A model generated the notes under the pieces. That model was not told the origin of the DNA and did no database searches. It saw only the letters and a program-made list of their open reading frames with translations. From NCBI GenBank assembly GCA_046754105.1, contig JBHHVD010000013.1:1-44518 (forward strand): a stretch of 44,518 nucleotides of DNA, written 5' to 3'. Source of the DNA: Candidatus Krumholzibacteriia bacterium. Lineage in GTDB: Bacteria > Krumholzibacteriota > Krumholzibacteriia > WVZY01. The translations under genes and the position numbers were made by a program. Position 1 is the stretch's first letter. Each line of letters begins with the position of its first letter. This document shows positions 8,319 through 17,688 of the stretch, piece after piece.

Positions 8319-9551
8319 TTACGTAAACGCGATATCGATAATCGTGATGTCATCCCAATTGTGCCCTTCGTGGCTGAAACCACGGCTGGCGTCCACAACG
8401 CTCGCAAAGAGTTTTTCAGAAGGCTCGTCCACGTTTGCGAGCAGCGATCGCTTCATCATGGCTGTGTCGAACTGCTCACCCTTGCCGTTCTGCGGCTCGC
8501 CGAGCCCGTCGGTGTAGAGGATCAGCCGATCGCCGCTTTTCAGTTCAAAGTCCTGCGGCGCATCGTACCGGTACACATCGTTGTCGAACACGCCGAGCAC
8601 GAAGCCGTTGGCGATAACACGCTCGACGCTCGCGCGCCGGCGGCGCATGAGAAATGGGTGAGGAACACCGGCATTGGCCAGCTGGCAGCGCCCGAGGGGG
8701 TCTGCCGTGAGCACGGTCGCCGCCACGAATGTATCCGCGGGGAGCCCCAGGGAGAGTGTGCGATTCATGCCTTCGAGTATTTCTCCCGGGCCGACGTCGC
8801 GGTTCGCAAAACGCGAGAACGCGAACTTGACGATCGCGGTGCTGAGAGCAGCCTGTATACCATGACCCGTGGCGTCGGCGAGCAGGAGCGCGGTGCGGTC
8901 GCCGGCTAGCGGTATGGCGTCGTAGAAATCGCCCCCGATTTCGAGTGCGGGCAGGTACCTGGCGCAATAGGAGAAACGATCGCCGCCGGGAAACTCCCGT
9001 GGAAGCATACTCTGCTGCAGACGGCTCGCGATGGACAATTCCTCGCGGAGCAGCTCGTCGCGGGCGGCCAGCTTGTCACGCTCGCGGAGCGTCCGGTCGA
9101 GCTCCCGGATGCGGATCGTCAGGCTTTCGTTCAGACTCTTGTTGGCCAGCGCGTTTTCGATCGTCAGCCGGAAATGATCGTTGTCCCAGGGTTTCTCGAT
9201 ATACTGAAACAGGCCAACCTCGTTGATGGCCCGAATGGAGTTCTCCTTGTCCGCATAACCAGTGAGCATAATGCGGGGTACATCGGGGTAGAGCTTTTTG
9301 ACCTCGGCGAGAAACTCCAACCCGTTCACTTCGGGCATGAGAAAATCGGAGATCACGACGTCGATCGGTGTCTCCCTTACAAACTCGAGCGCTGCCAGGG
9401 GGGACTGGAACTGAAAAACGTTGTAATCTGTTTCCAATTCCAGAAAAGCGGCAACGCTTTCCGTCACCACCGTTTCATCATCCACCACGAGGATGGCCGG
9501 AGTTTTCGAACTCTTATGGTCGAATGGGCTGCTCATCACACAGGAATACAT
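8319..9551 (-). CDS. Response regulator receiver - coiled coil - PP2C/SpoIIE (RsbU-like) Ser/Thr phosphatase
   Basis: REC: VVDDE, SDFLMP, LTG, EKPW. PP2C: GGDFYD, ADATGHG, YTDGL, DDITI. The start may instead be ATG 9536. Confidence 0.92.
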   Translation of the reverse strand: MYSCVMSSPFDHKSSKTPAILVVDDETVVTESVAAFLELETDYNVFQFQSPLAALEFVRETPIDVVISDFLMPEVNGLEFLAEVKKLYPDVPRIMLTGYADKENSIRAINEVGLFQYIEKPWDNDHFRLTIENALANKSLNESLTIRIRELDRTLRERDKLAARDELLREELSIASRLQQSMLPREFPGGDRFSYCARYLPALEIGGDFYDAIPLAGDRTALLLADATGHGIQAALSTAIVKFAFSRFANRDVGPGEILEGMNRTLSLGLPADTFVAATVLTADPLGRCQLANAGVPHPFLMRRRRASVERVIANGFVLGVFDNDVYRYDAPQDFELKSGDRLILYTDGLGEPQNGKGEQFDTAMMKRSLLANVDEPSEKLFASVVDASRGFSHEGHNWDDITIIDIAFT

Positions 9552-9791
9552 CGGAGTACCCTGAAACTCCCCTTTTTGGCGGGCCCCATCGCCCGTATTC
9601 TAGCATAAACAGGCGAAATGTGGCGTGCGAGAAATAGCGTCTCCACGCGCTATGCGGTCCGCGAGAAACCCTTGCTCGCTATGGGGCCTGCATATCCGCG
9701 ATGCGCCCTCCCCCAAGGGGCCGTCTTCCACCGGCCGCCTGCATTCCTGGGATGGTGGGCACCGCGGTCGGCCCCCCCGGTAGCGCCGACC

Positions 9792-9820
9792 TTGTTTTCG
9801 TGGCTACCAGTGGGTATCAT
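9792..9820 (+). promoter_or_regulatory. Sigma70-type promoter TTGTTT-N17-TATCAT
   Basis: -35 at 9792-9797, -10 at 9815-9820, 50 nt upstream of ATG 9871. Confidence 0.55.
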
Positions 9821-9870
9821 TGAAAAACGAACATCGCCCGCCGAAGATCTCACTGCTGAGGAGATTCTCG

Positions 9871-10848
9871 ATGAGCAAGCTTATATGGCACGCGCTTGCG
9901 TTCCTGTTGTTGCCGGTTGCGGGTGTGCAGGCCGGCAGCGGCAAGAACGTACTGCTTATCTGCAACAAGTCGGACGATACGGTCTCGTTCGTCGATACCA
10001 GAACCTTCGCCGTGCTGGGCACGGCCGCGACCGGCGGCGGGCCGCACGAGATCGCGGTCGCGCCGGGCGGCGAGTGGGCGTTCGTGGCCAACTACGAAGC
10101 GGAAGAGAGCAGCATTTCGCTAATTGACGTCCGTGCGATGAAAGAAGTGCGAAGGATCCCGATCCGTCCCTATCGAAACCCTCATGGTATCGCTGTCAGC
10201 GCGGATGGAAAGCGGTTATACGCTACCTGTGAGGGGAGCGAGGCGGTCATCGAGATGGACATCGCGTCCGAAAAGGTGACGCGAAGCATCGAGACCGGGC
10301 AGCGCGTGTCCCATATGCTCGTCTTGACGCCCGACGAGAGAAAAATGTACGTAGCGAACATCGGCAGCGGCACCGTGACCGTCATCGAACTCGACAAATC
10401 AAAGGTCACCGCGCAAATAGGTACGGGGGACGGTTGTGAAGGCATCGACGTTACCCCGGACGGGCGCCAGGTGTGGGCGAGTAATCGTGGGGCGGGCAGT
10501 GTATCGGTCATCGATACAAGAACCGATAAAGTCATCGCCAACCTGCCCTGTAAGGGCTTTCCCATTCGCGTGAAGATTGCCGGTGACGGCGGGCTCGCCT
10601 TCGTGTCCTGTGCGTCGGCGAACGAGATCGCGGTGTTCGATATAAGGACTCGCAAGGAGGTCCGCAGGATCAAGGCGGGCCGGGCGCCCATCGGTATCCT
10701 CCTCGAGGACGGAGGCGGACGTGCGTTCGTCGCCAACACAAGGGCGAATACCGTCTCCGTGATCGATCTCGAGACGTTCGAGGTGGTGCGCAAGATCGAG
10801 GCGGGCAACACGCCGGACGGCCTCGGGATCGCGTCTAAACAACACTGA
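9871..10848 (+). CDS. Secreted YVTN/YncE-family beta-propeller protein
   Basis: Signal peptide; repeats of about 42 aa of the form P.GI...PDG..YVAN..S.TV.VID. Start at ATG 9871 after SD GAGGAG. Confidence 0.88.
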   Translation: MSKLIWHALAFLLLPVAGVQAGSGKNVLLICNKSDDTVSFVDTRTFAVLGTAATGGGPHEIAVAPGGEWAFVANYEAEESSISLIDVRAMKEVRRIPIRPYRNPHGIAVSADGKRLYATCEGSEAVIEMDIASEKVTRSIETGQRVSHMLVLTPDERKMYVANIGSGTVTVIELDKSKVTAQIGTGDGCEGIDVTPDGRQVWASNRGAGSVSVIDTRTDKVIANLPCKGFPIRVKIAGDGGLAFVSCASANEIAVFDIRTRKEVRRIKAGRAPIGILLEDGGGRAFVANTRANTVSVIDLETFEVVRKIEAGNTPDGLGIASKQH

Positions 10849-10893
10849 CGGCTCGGCCCAGACCGGATCACGTGCCCAGACCGGCCCCGCCCG

Positions 10894-11373
10894 TCACACG
10901 AATGTTTTCAGGATTTGATTGTACAGGGTTTGCAGGTCACCCTCTGCGTCGGCGACTTCCGAGATCTTCTCTTCGAGTTTGTGCATGAGCCGCTTGCGCT
11001 CGATGCCGTTCCTCAGTACGAGAAGAAGGTCGTTGTTGTCCCAGGGCTTTTCGATGTACTGGAATAACCCGATCTCGTTTATCGCCTTGATGGCGTTCTC
11101 TTTGTCGGCGTAGCCGGTGAGAATGATGCGCGGCACGTCGGGTTTGATCTTTCGCACCTCGCCGAGAAACGTGATGCCGTCCATTTCCGGCATCAGGTAG
11201 TCGGAGAGCACCAGGTCTATCTCGTTGTCACGGATAAACCCCAGAGCGACCTTGGGGTTGGTGAACGTCTCGACCGCATACTCGGTCTCGAGGGTCAGAA
11301 AAGAACGCAGGCTGGTCAGGACCATTTCTTCATCATCCACCAGCACAACGGTTATTCTAGCATTTCCCGCCAT
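10894..11373 (-). CDS. Single-domain response regulator (REC plus short coiled coil, no output domain)
   Basis: LVDDE, SDYLMP, LTGY, EKPW. Start ATG 11373 after SD AAGGAGG. Confidence 0.92.
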   Translation of the reverse strand: MAGNARITVVLVDDEEMVLTSLRSFLTLETEYAVETFTNPKVALGFIRDNEIDLVLSDYLMPEMDGITFLGEVRKIKPDVPRIILTGYADKENAIKAINEIGLFQYIEKPWDNNDLLLVLRNGIERKRLMHKLEEKISEVADAEGDLQTLYNQILKTFV

Positions 11374-11387
11374 GTCACCCTCCTTGG

Positions 11388-12959
11388 TCATGCGACCGGC
11401 AGAACAATTCTGACAGTGGTCCCCTCACCGACGTTGCTCTCTACGGATATTTGTCCGTGGTGATCCTCGATGATCTGGTAGACAATGGAAAGCCCCAGAC
11501 CGGTCCCGACGCCTGCGCCCTTGGTAGTGAAGCCGGGGTCGAAAATCCGCTCGAGGTTTTCCTTGGGGATCCCTCTGCCGTTGTCGCGTATTTCGACGAC
11601 GACCTTGTCGCCGGTGTGTGACGTTTTTATATGAATGTCGCCGTCGCCCTCGATCGCCTGGCTCGAATTCACGAGGACGTTCATGAACACCTGATTCAAC
11701 TGGTTCGGGTAGCAGTATACCAACGGCAGTTTTCCGTAGTCCTTGTGCACCCTGATCCGGTGCTTGATCTCATGATGCACGAGGGTGAGCGTGCTGTCCA
11801 GGCCCCCGTGGATATCCACCTGGTCTTGTTCGGCGGCGTCGAGCCGCGCGAAGCTTCTGAGACTGCCCACGATGGTCACGATACGGTGCATGGCGGTCTG
11901 GTTGACCCGGTTGAGGTCTTCGATGGCCGTCATCAGTTTGACCAGCCCGGGATGCTCGCGCGCTTCCTCGGGCAGATCTTTTGCGAGAAGCGCGCGTATC
12001 CTCGCCAGCGAACGCACAAGCAGGTCGTGGTTGCTCTTCAAAGCGCCCAACGGCGTGTTTATTTCGTGGGCGATACCCGCTACGAGATTGCCGAGCGATG
12101 CCATCTTCTCCGCCTGCACGAGCTGCGCCTGCTTTTGCCGCAGCTCCAACGTGCGCTCCTGCACCTTTTGCTCCAGGTCCTCCATGGCGAGCTGCAACTG
12201 GTCTTCCAGCTCGCGGCGACGGGTGACGTCCTGTACCAACTGCAGCTCCGACCACGAGTTTTCGCGGTTGCGATAGTAGTTCAGCGTAAACTGGTACACC
12301 TTGCCGTCGGGATAGGTACGCTCCTCCGCGTACACCCCGGTGTCGTCGATGATTGTTTTTCTCGGCAGATCGCCCGCCGGCAGATCGTACCAGCTGCGCG
12401 GGTCGCTCTCCTCGTTTTCCGTTGGAAACATTTCCTTTAGCCGCCGGTTTTCGAATTCGATCGACGGTGCGCGGTTGACGTCTTTCTTAACGCCCAGCCC
12501 CACCGGCAGCATATCCAGTATGAACTCGTAGTAATCGCGCTGGGCGGCTATTTGCTTTTCGAGGCGCCGGCGCCGGGTCACATCGCGACAGATTCTCTGG
12601 ATGATCTTCTTGTCGCCGAACGTGATAACGGAAGCGCTGATGTCCACGGCGACCTGCTTCCCCGACTTGGTCAGGAAGCACATGCTGTTCGAAAAACCGC
12701 TTCCCGTCTTGTTCACCGCTCCAAAAAGGGTTTCCACAGCTTCGGCTTCCTCGGGTGGGTGCAGGTCCGTCAGGTGCATTCCTACGAGCTCCCGCGCCGA
12801 ATACCCGGTCATCGCTTCGGCCCGTGGGTTGGCCTCGAGGATGCGGGCGGTCTCCGTATCGATCGCGAGGATCGCGTCCCCCGCCCGCTCGATCATTTTC
12901 CGGTACTTCTCCTCGGATTCGCGGAGCCGCCGTACTTCTTGTTTGTCGGTTTCACCCAT
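11388..12959 (-). CDS. Cytoplasmic PAS-domain sensor histidine kinase
   Basis: N-terminal PAS ([12 protein letters not shown]...) and a second degenerate PAS. H-box [10 protein letters not shown]-box [30 protein letters not shown]. No TM helix. Confidence 0.94.
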   Translation of the reverse strand: MGETDKQEVRRLRESEEKYRKMIERAGDAILAIDTETARILEANPRAEAMTGYSARELVGMHLTDLHPPEEAEAVETLFGAVNKTGSGFSNSMCFLTKSGKQVAVDISASVITFGDKKIIQRICRDVTRRRRLEKQIAAQRDYYEFILDMLPVGLGVKKDVNRAPSIEFENRRLKEMFPTENEESDPRSWYDLPAGDLPRKTIIDDTGVYAEERTYPDGKVYQFTLNYYRNRENSWSELQLVQDVTRRRELEDQLQLAMEDLEQKVQERTLELRQKQAQLVQAEKMASLGNLVAGIAHEINTPLGALKSNHDLLVRSLARIRALLAKDLPEEAREHPGLVKLMTAIEDLNRVNQTAMHRIVTIVGSLRSFARLDAAEQDQVDIHGGLDSTLTLVHHEIKHRIRVHKDYGKLPLVYCYPNQLNQVFMNVLVNSSQAIEGDGDIHIKTSHTGDKVVVEIRDNGRGIPKENLERIFDPGFTTKGAGVGTGLGLSIVYQIIEDHHGQISVESNVGEGTTVRIVLPVA

Positions 12960-12970
12960 GGAAACTTTCT

Positions 12971-13420
12971 CTAGTTACCGCGCTTGTGACCGATATTCGC
13001 CTCCACCTTTTCGAGCAGGCGGCGCAGCCGACCCACGATCATCTTGAGGACACCCTCCGTAATCTGGCTGTGGTCGGACAAGAGATCGAGGAAATCCTCT
13101 CGATAAATGCGTAAGAAACGGCCGTCGTCGGTCGCGGTCGCGGTCGCGACCCGCGGCTTGTCGTCGAACAGCGCCCAGGCCCCGAAGGGGTCGCTGGGAC
13201 GGGCGACGGTGATCTCTTCATCGTCCCGGTGCAGACGCACTTCGCCTTCGAGCACGATGTAGAGGGCGTCCGACACCTCACCGAACCGGTACATCTCCTG
13301 GCCCCTGGAAAATGAGGCCTCTTCCGCGATCGCGGCCAGATAGGAGAGCTGCTCGGTGGGAATCCCCTCGAAAACCTCGACGTTCTGGAGGAATATGACT
13401 TTTTCGACGACCGTCAGCAT
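12971..13420 (-). CDS. Stand-alone cyclic-nucleotide-binding domain protein (no HTH)
   Basis: MLTVVEKVIFLQNVEVF, LYIVLEGEV, FGAWALFDDKPRVATA. Start ATG 13420 after SD AAGGAG. Confidence 0.88.
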   Translation of the reverse strand: MLTVVEKVIFLQNVEVFEGIPTEQLSYLAAIAEEASFSRGQEMYRFGEVSDALYIVLEGEVRLHRDDEEITVARPSDPFGAWALFDDKPRVATATATDDGRFLRIYREDFLDLLSDHSQITEGVLKMIVGRLRRLLEKVEANIGHKRGN

Positions 13421-13484
13421 CGCGCTCCTTCTTCGGTCCGGTGTCCGAGACTCTCCCCGCGCGAGGCGCTTCCGGCACACGGCG

Positions 13485-16241
13485 CTAGCCGGCCAGCACG
13501 AGGCGCGCGGTCTCACGCACCACCGGGTTGACGTCGCCCCGGCATTTCGTCACCATCTCTCTCGTGTTGCGCGAGAGATGGCCCTGCAAGCTGAAGATCG
13601 CGCAGGCCCTGAGCCAGGGGTCGCTGCCTTCAAGAATATACTTGATAGACGCCTCGTGATCACCAAGATTCACGCCGAAGAGCTCCTGCCCTTTTCTGAT
13701 TTTGACATCAATGGCGACCGTGTCAAAAATGGGAAACAGGTACCGCTTGACCTCCTTCTTGAGGACGTTGTCCAGAAACTCAATGGCGCTCGCGCGCAGC
13801 TGTTTCTGGCCACCGATGATACCGAGGTAGGCGCCGTAGATGTCTTTCTGCGAGTAGCGAAGCCCGAGGATTCTAAACATCCGTTCGAGGTTCTGGTCGA
13901 TTTTCTCGCGCAGGGCCGTGTCGAGGAGCTTGCATCCGGGCCGGCTGGAGTCGCCGAGCACGTGGAGAATCTGGAGAATCGCGTAGTATGATTCGCTTTC
14001 CTCGAGAAGTGCGTCGTTCAGAGCGGAATGCGCGAACTTGAAATCCGGATACCTCGCTCGCAGCGAGTTCAAGGCCCTGATGATAAAATATTTTAGCGCC
14101 GGCTCCGCCTTGTCCAGGATGGCAGCGAGCGAATCGACCGAATGCTGGGACGGGATGCGGCTCAGCACGCGACACAGATTGCCGCGCACCGTAACGTCGA
14201 TGGCGGGGTCGACGATATAATCGCTCAACGTTCCGACGATGCGGTCGCCATAAATGGCCAGCGCCTCGCGCGCGGCCTTGCGGTATCTCTTGTCCGCGAG
14301 ACGGTCGAGGAGATCGTGCATGAAGTCACGGTCGCCGATTCGCCCCACGCTGCGCATCGTCTCGCTGACGACCGCCGGGGATGAGTCGTTGAGAAGCCTG
14401 GCCAGGAACGGCCGGTACTCCGGTTTGTTCAACGCTCCCAGCGCAGCTGCCAGCTGCGTGCGTGCAAATTCTCCGTCAGGTCCCTGCGCGGCCAGCACTT
14501 CCTTGATCAGGGCCTCATCTATCAGGTCTCGCTCGGACGGGTCACCGTGCTCCGCGATACAACCGATTGCCGCCGATCGGATGTGAAGGTCGCCGTCCCG
14601 GAGGTAATCCTGCAACGTGCACCCGTGGTCACTGGGGGCGTGCTCGCACAGATAGTGCATCGCTTCTCGTCTTACGAAGGGGCTCGTGTCCTTGAGAAGT
14701 GAGCCGATTTCCGGCGACAGGTCACCACCGTGCGCGTGCTCCTGAAGTGCTCTCAACACGGCGAGGCGCACGTCCGCGGAATCGTGGCGCAACAACCGGA
14801 CCAGCGCCTCCGCGGTCTCGTCGTCCTGGACACCGGTCAACATCTCTGCTGCGTAGACGACCTGGCGCTCGTTGGTGCTCTGTAATGCGGACCGCAGGCT
14901 GTCCAGCGTCGACGGGTCCGCGATATTCATGTTGAGGTCGCTAAGGTCGATTTCCCGTCGCTCCAGGGCCTTGCGAAAGGCGTTAACGTACTCTTTGCGC
15001 ATGAGGAACACGAGGAGCAGCCACACCATCAGAAACAAGACAACGACGATACTCAACTGGCGAACCGAGAAATGGAGTACGGTAACGAAGAGCAGGAGCA
15101 ACAGGCCGGCGATGCCCCGAAACCCCCGGTCGACGAACAAGTCGATAAAAACCTTGGTGCGCTTTTTGACTTCCAGCGGCACGGGAAGAAACAGCAGCTC
15201 TCTCCCCGTCTTGTCGATAGAGTACTTGAAAACGCCGTCCGTACCTCTGAGCAGGGCACCGGCCAGAAGCCCGGGTGCGAGCAGCATAATAACCGTCCCG
15301 CCCAGAAGTCCGGCGGGCAGGAGGACAATCGCGCCGGCCACTCCGAACCGGCGCAAAAAGCGGTAGCTGACCATGAACTGAAAGAGAAACGAAATCAGGC
15401 TCAAACGGCCGTAGAACTTTCCCATGAAGGACGTAAGGCTCTGCTTGGTTTCGAACGCAGCGGAAGCGAGCGTCTTGAACTGAAAATCCACGAACGAAGC
15501 CGTCGCCATACCTGCGGCGATGATGCCCACGATCAGCAGCAAGTGCCGGGAGCGTTTGACGTCACGAAAGATCTCCACGTAGCTTGCCGGCTCGCGTTTC
15601 TTCTCTCGGGTGCCGAGGGCGATGGGAGCCTCACCCCGCTGTTTGATCGCCCACACGGTGTTCACGAGAACGATACAAACGATGAGAAATCCGGCGCAGA
15701 AGAAAAGGAGATCCTCGGTCGATACGTTTAACGTGCGCACTATGGCACCCGTTAATTCACCGCCGGTGAAGGCTCCGACGATCCCGCCCAGGCCGAAGAT
15801 TACGAAGAGGCGTCTCGCCTGCGTGGCGTCGAACACGCCGTTACTGAGAAGCCAGAACTGCGCGGTGGCCATCACTCCGTAGATACTGACCCAGATATAG
15901 AAAACGTAAAAGACCCAGGATTGTTCGATCTCGAGCAGCCAGCGAAGTATGATCAGGCTCAGGATGAAAATGCCGCTGGTCACGGTGATCAGCCGATTCA
16001 GCTTGAGTGAGCGGCTGGCTTTCGAATACAGCGTGGTGACCGGGACGACCACCACGGCGATCAGAAAATAAACGACCGGGAGCTGCTCGGGCCCGAGCTT
16101 AACCAGGAAGAGACCGTCGCGGGCGGGCTTGAGAAAATAATACGTGACCAGCAGCAAGTAGTAATAGACGAGCATCAAGAGAGTGAGAGCGATTTCACCC
16201 TTCCTGATATCCAGAACCGACCCGAAAATACGCTTTACCAT
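13485..16241 (-). CDS. Npt1/Npt2 (TLC/NTT, ATP/ADP translocase-like) MFS transporter fused to HEAT repeats
   Basis: YYFLKPARDGLFL, QFWLLSNGVFDATQARRLF, VDFQFK, KYSIDKTGRELLFLPVP...KVFID in about 12 TM helices, followed by about 480 aa of HEAT repeats (D.SADVR.A, SPFVRREA, DPWLRACA). Confidence 0.88.
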   Translation of the reverse strand: MVKRIFGSVLDIRKGEIALTLLMLVYYYLLLVTYYFLKPARDGLFLVKLGPEQLPVVYFLIAVVVVPVTTLYSKASRSLKLNRLITVTSGIFILSLIILRWLLEIEQSWVFYVFYIWVSIYGVMATAQFWLLSNGVFDATQARRLFVIFGLGGIVGAFTGGELTGAIVRTLNVSTEDLLFFCAGFLIVCIVLVNTVWAIKQRGEAPIALGTREKKREPASYVEIFRDVKRSRHLLLIVGIIAAGMATASFVDFQFKTLASAAFETKQSLTSFMGKFYGRLSLISFLFQFMVSYRFLRRFGVAGAIVLLPAGLLGGTVIMLLAPGLLAGALLRGTDGVFKYSIDKTGRELLFLPVPLEVKKRTKVFIDLFVDRGFRGIAGLLLLLFVTVLHFSVRQLSIVVVLFLMVWLLLVFLMRKEYVNAFRKALERREIDLSDLNMNIADPSTLDSLRSALQSTNERQVVYAAEMLTGVQDDETAEALVRLLRHDSADVRLAVLRALQEHAHGGDLSPEIGSLLKDTSPFVRREAMHYLCEHAPSDHGCTLQDYLRDGDLHIRSAAIGCIAEHGDPSERDLIDEALIKEVLAAQGPDGEFARTQLAAALGALNKPEYRPFLARLLNDSSPAVVSETMRSVGRIGDRDFMHDLLDRLADKRYRKAAREALAIYGDRIVGTLSDYIVDPAIDVTVRGNLCRVLSRIPSQHSVDSLAAILDKAEPALKYFIIRALNSLRARYPDFKFAHSALNDALLEESESYYAILQILHVLGDSSRPGCKLLDTALREKIDQNLERMFRILGLRYSQKDIYGAYLGIIGGQKQLRASAIEFLDNVLKKEVKRYLFPIFDTVAIDVKIRKGQELFGVNLGDHEASIKYILEGSDPWLRACAIFSLQGHLSRNTREMVTKCRGDVNPVVRETARLVLAG

Positions 16242-16254
16242 TGTGTGCCGTTGC

Positions 16255-17502
16255 TCACCTGGAGATCGTTATCGTGTCGACGACTCTCCCGGTCTCCGCC
16301 GGGGATTCCGTCACCTCGAAAACCTGGATCTCGATTCGGTCGGACGTAACGTTGACGAGGCAGTAGTTGTAAATGGATTCCTGTTTTATGCAGACGGCAT
16401 CGAGACCTTGCTTTTCATAGGCCGCCGCGCATGCTTCGAGGTGCCGGTCGTCGTATGGGTTGTGAAGCGGCGAGCCTCCACCGCCCGTTATAATCTCGTG
16501 CATCTTGCTCGTGCCGCCCTCAGCGTCCTGATAGCTCATCACGCTGTGTTCGTACATGTGCTGGTGTCCACAAAACACGACGGGTACCTGGTAGCGCTGC
16601 AGCACCCCCAGAAGTTGTCGCCGTTTTTGCTGCAGGTTTCGCCCAAACTTTGGGTTGAGCCAATCGTCGAATTTCTTGGCGAAGACGAGTGGTGGATGAT
16701 GCATCACAACAATCTTGAAGGTCTTGTCACTGGCAGCGAGCTGCCTTTCGAGCCAGGCGGGTTCCGCCGCGCCTTCACCTGCGTAAATCCATCGGGCGAA
16801 GAGCTGGTCCTGGGTATCATCGTCGATCAGCTCGTCCTGATCGAGCAGGATATCTGAATCGAGCATGAAAAAATCCACGTCCGGGCATCTGAAGACATAG
16901 AACTGCGGATACGAAAACACATCACGGTAATTAGGCAGGCCGTAAACGGTATCGTTCGCCATTTCGTGGTTGCCGACGACGGGCAGGATCGGAAACTCCA
17001 GCGCCAGCGGCACTTCCTCCTTGTACTGCCTGAGAAAGGTCCGCCAGTGCCCGGGCCGGCGGCCGTCGGTGGCGATGTCGCCGGCGTTGATAACGAAGTC
17101 CACGTCCGAGCGCCGGGCCTGGGCGTACATGTCGTCGCGGACCCTGCGCGCCTGCCGTTCGCCGTAATCCGGCGCGTGCCGCACGTAGTTGAATCCCGCC
17201 GTGAAGCTGCTGCCGATGAGGTAGACCTGGTAGAACGGGACCAGCAGCTGCCACCAACTCACCCACGTGCTCTTTTTTTGCAGGACCTGCTTGCCTCGCC
17301 ACCCCGGCCGGTTGTCACCGTAAATGATGAACCGGGGGTTTCTGTCCAGCGTGTCGCCCGGGAGCCTCCGCGGAATCTCGTAGATATCCGGTGAGTATGC
17401 TTCGCGCACGAGCCCCTGACGCGCACAGCCGAGATCTGTAGTAAGAAAGGGAATGACCACGAGCAACAGGAAGCAGCCCGCGCCTCGCGGGTATTTCGTC
17501 AT
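16255..17502 (-). CDS. Exported calcineurin-like metallophosphoesterase (purple-acid-phosphatase-like)
   Basis: YGDNR, AGDI, VGNHE, MHHP, GHQH, ITGGGG; N-terminal hydrophobic segment ending in LGC. Confidence 0.85.
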   Translation of the reverse strand: MTKYPRGAGCFLLLVVIPFLTTDLGCARQGLVREAYSPDIYEIPRRLPGDTLDRNPRFIIYGDNRPGWRGKQVLQKKSTWVSWWQLLVPFYQVYLIGSSFTAGFNYVRHAPDYGERQARRVRDDMYAQARRSDVDFVINAGDIATDGRRPGHWRTFLRQYKEEVPLALEFPILPVVGNHEMANDTVYGLPNYRDVFSYPQFYVFRCPDVDFFMLDSDILLDQDELIDDDTQDQLFARWIYAGEGAAEPAWLERQLAASDKTFKIVVMHHPPLVFAKKFDDWLNPKFGRNLQQKRRQLLGVLQRYQVPVVFCGHQHMYEHSVMSYQDAEGGTSKMHEIITGGGGSPLHNPYDDRHLEACAAAYEKQGLDAVCIKQESIYNYCLVNVTSDRIEIQVFEVTESPAETGRVVDTITISR

Positions 17503-17637
17503 GATGACAACGCCTTAGTCTGGACGCGCAACGGCCATGATTGTGTAATCGCCCGGTTCGACTCCCGTCACGCAAGCGTCGCCGAGGGCGGATCGATCCC
17601 CCGCACGCCGGCGGGCCCGAGGGGACGATGAGACAAA

Positions 17638-17653
17638 TTGAAAGGTATTTCAA
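17638..17653. promoter_or_regulatory. Perfect palindrome TTGAAA-GGTA-TTTCAA (candidate operator)
   Basis: AT-rich 6-4-6 inverted repeat in the gap upstream of the metallophosphoesterase/NTT operon. Confidence 0.45.
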
Positions 17654-17688
17654 GGGCCAAATCTCGTAGTGCCTTGCCAAGGAAGCAG

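Noticed and set aside
17520..17580. tRNA T-loop-like GGTTCGACTCCC
   Set aside because: The T-stem does not pair fully, and no acceptor stem, D-arm or CCA can be built.
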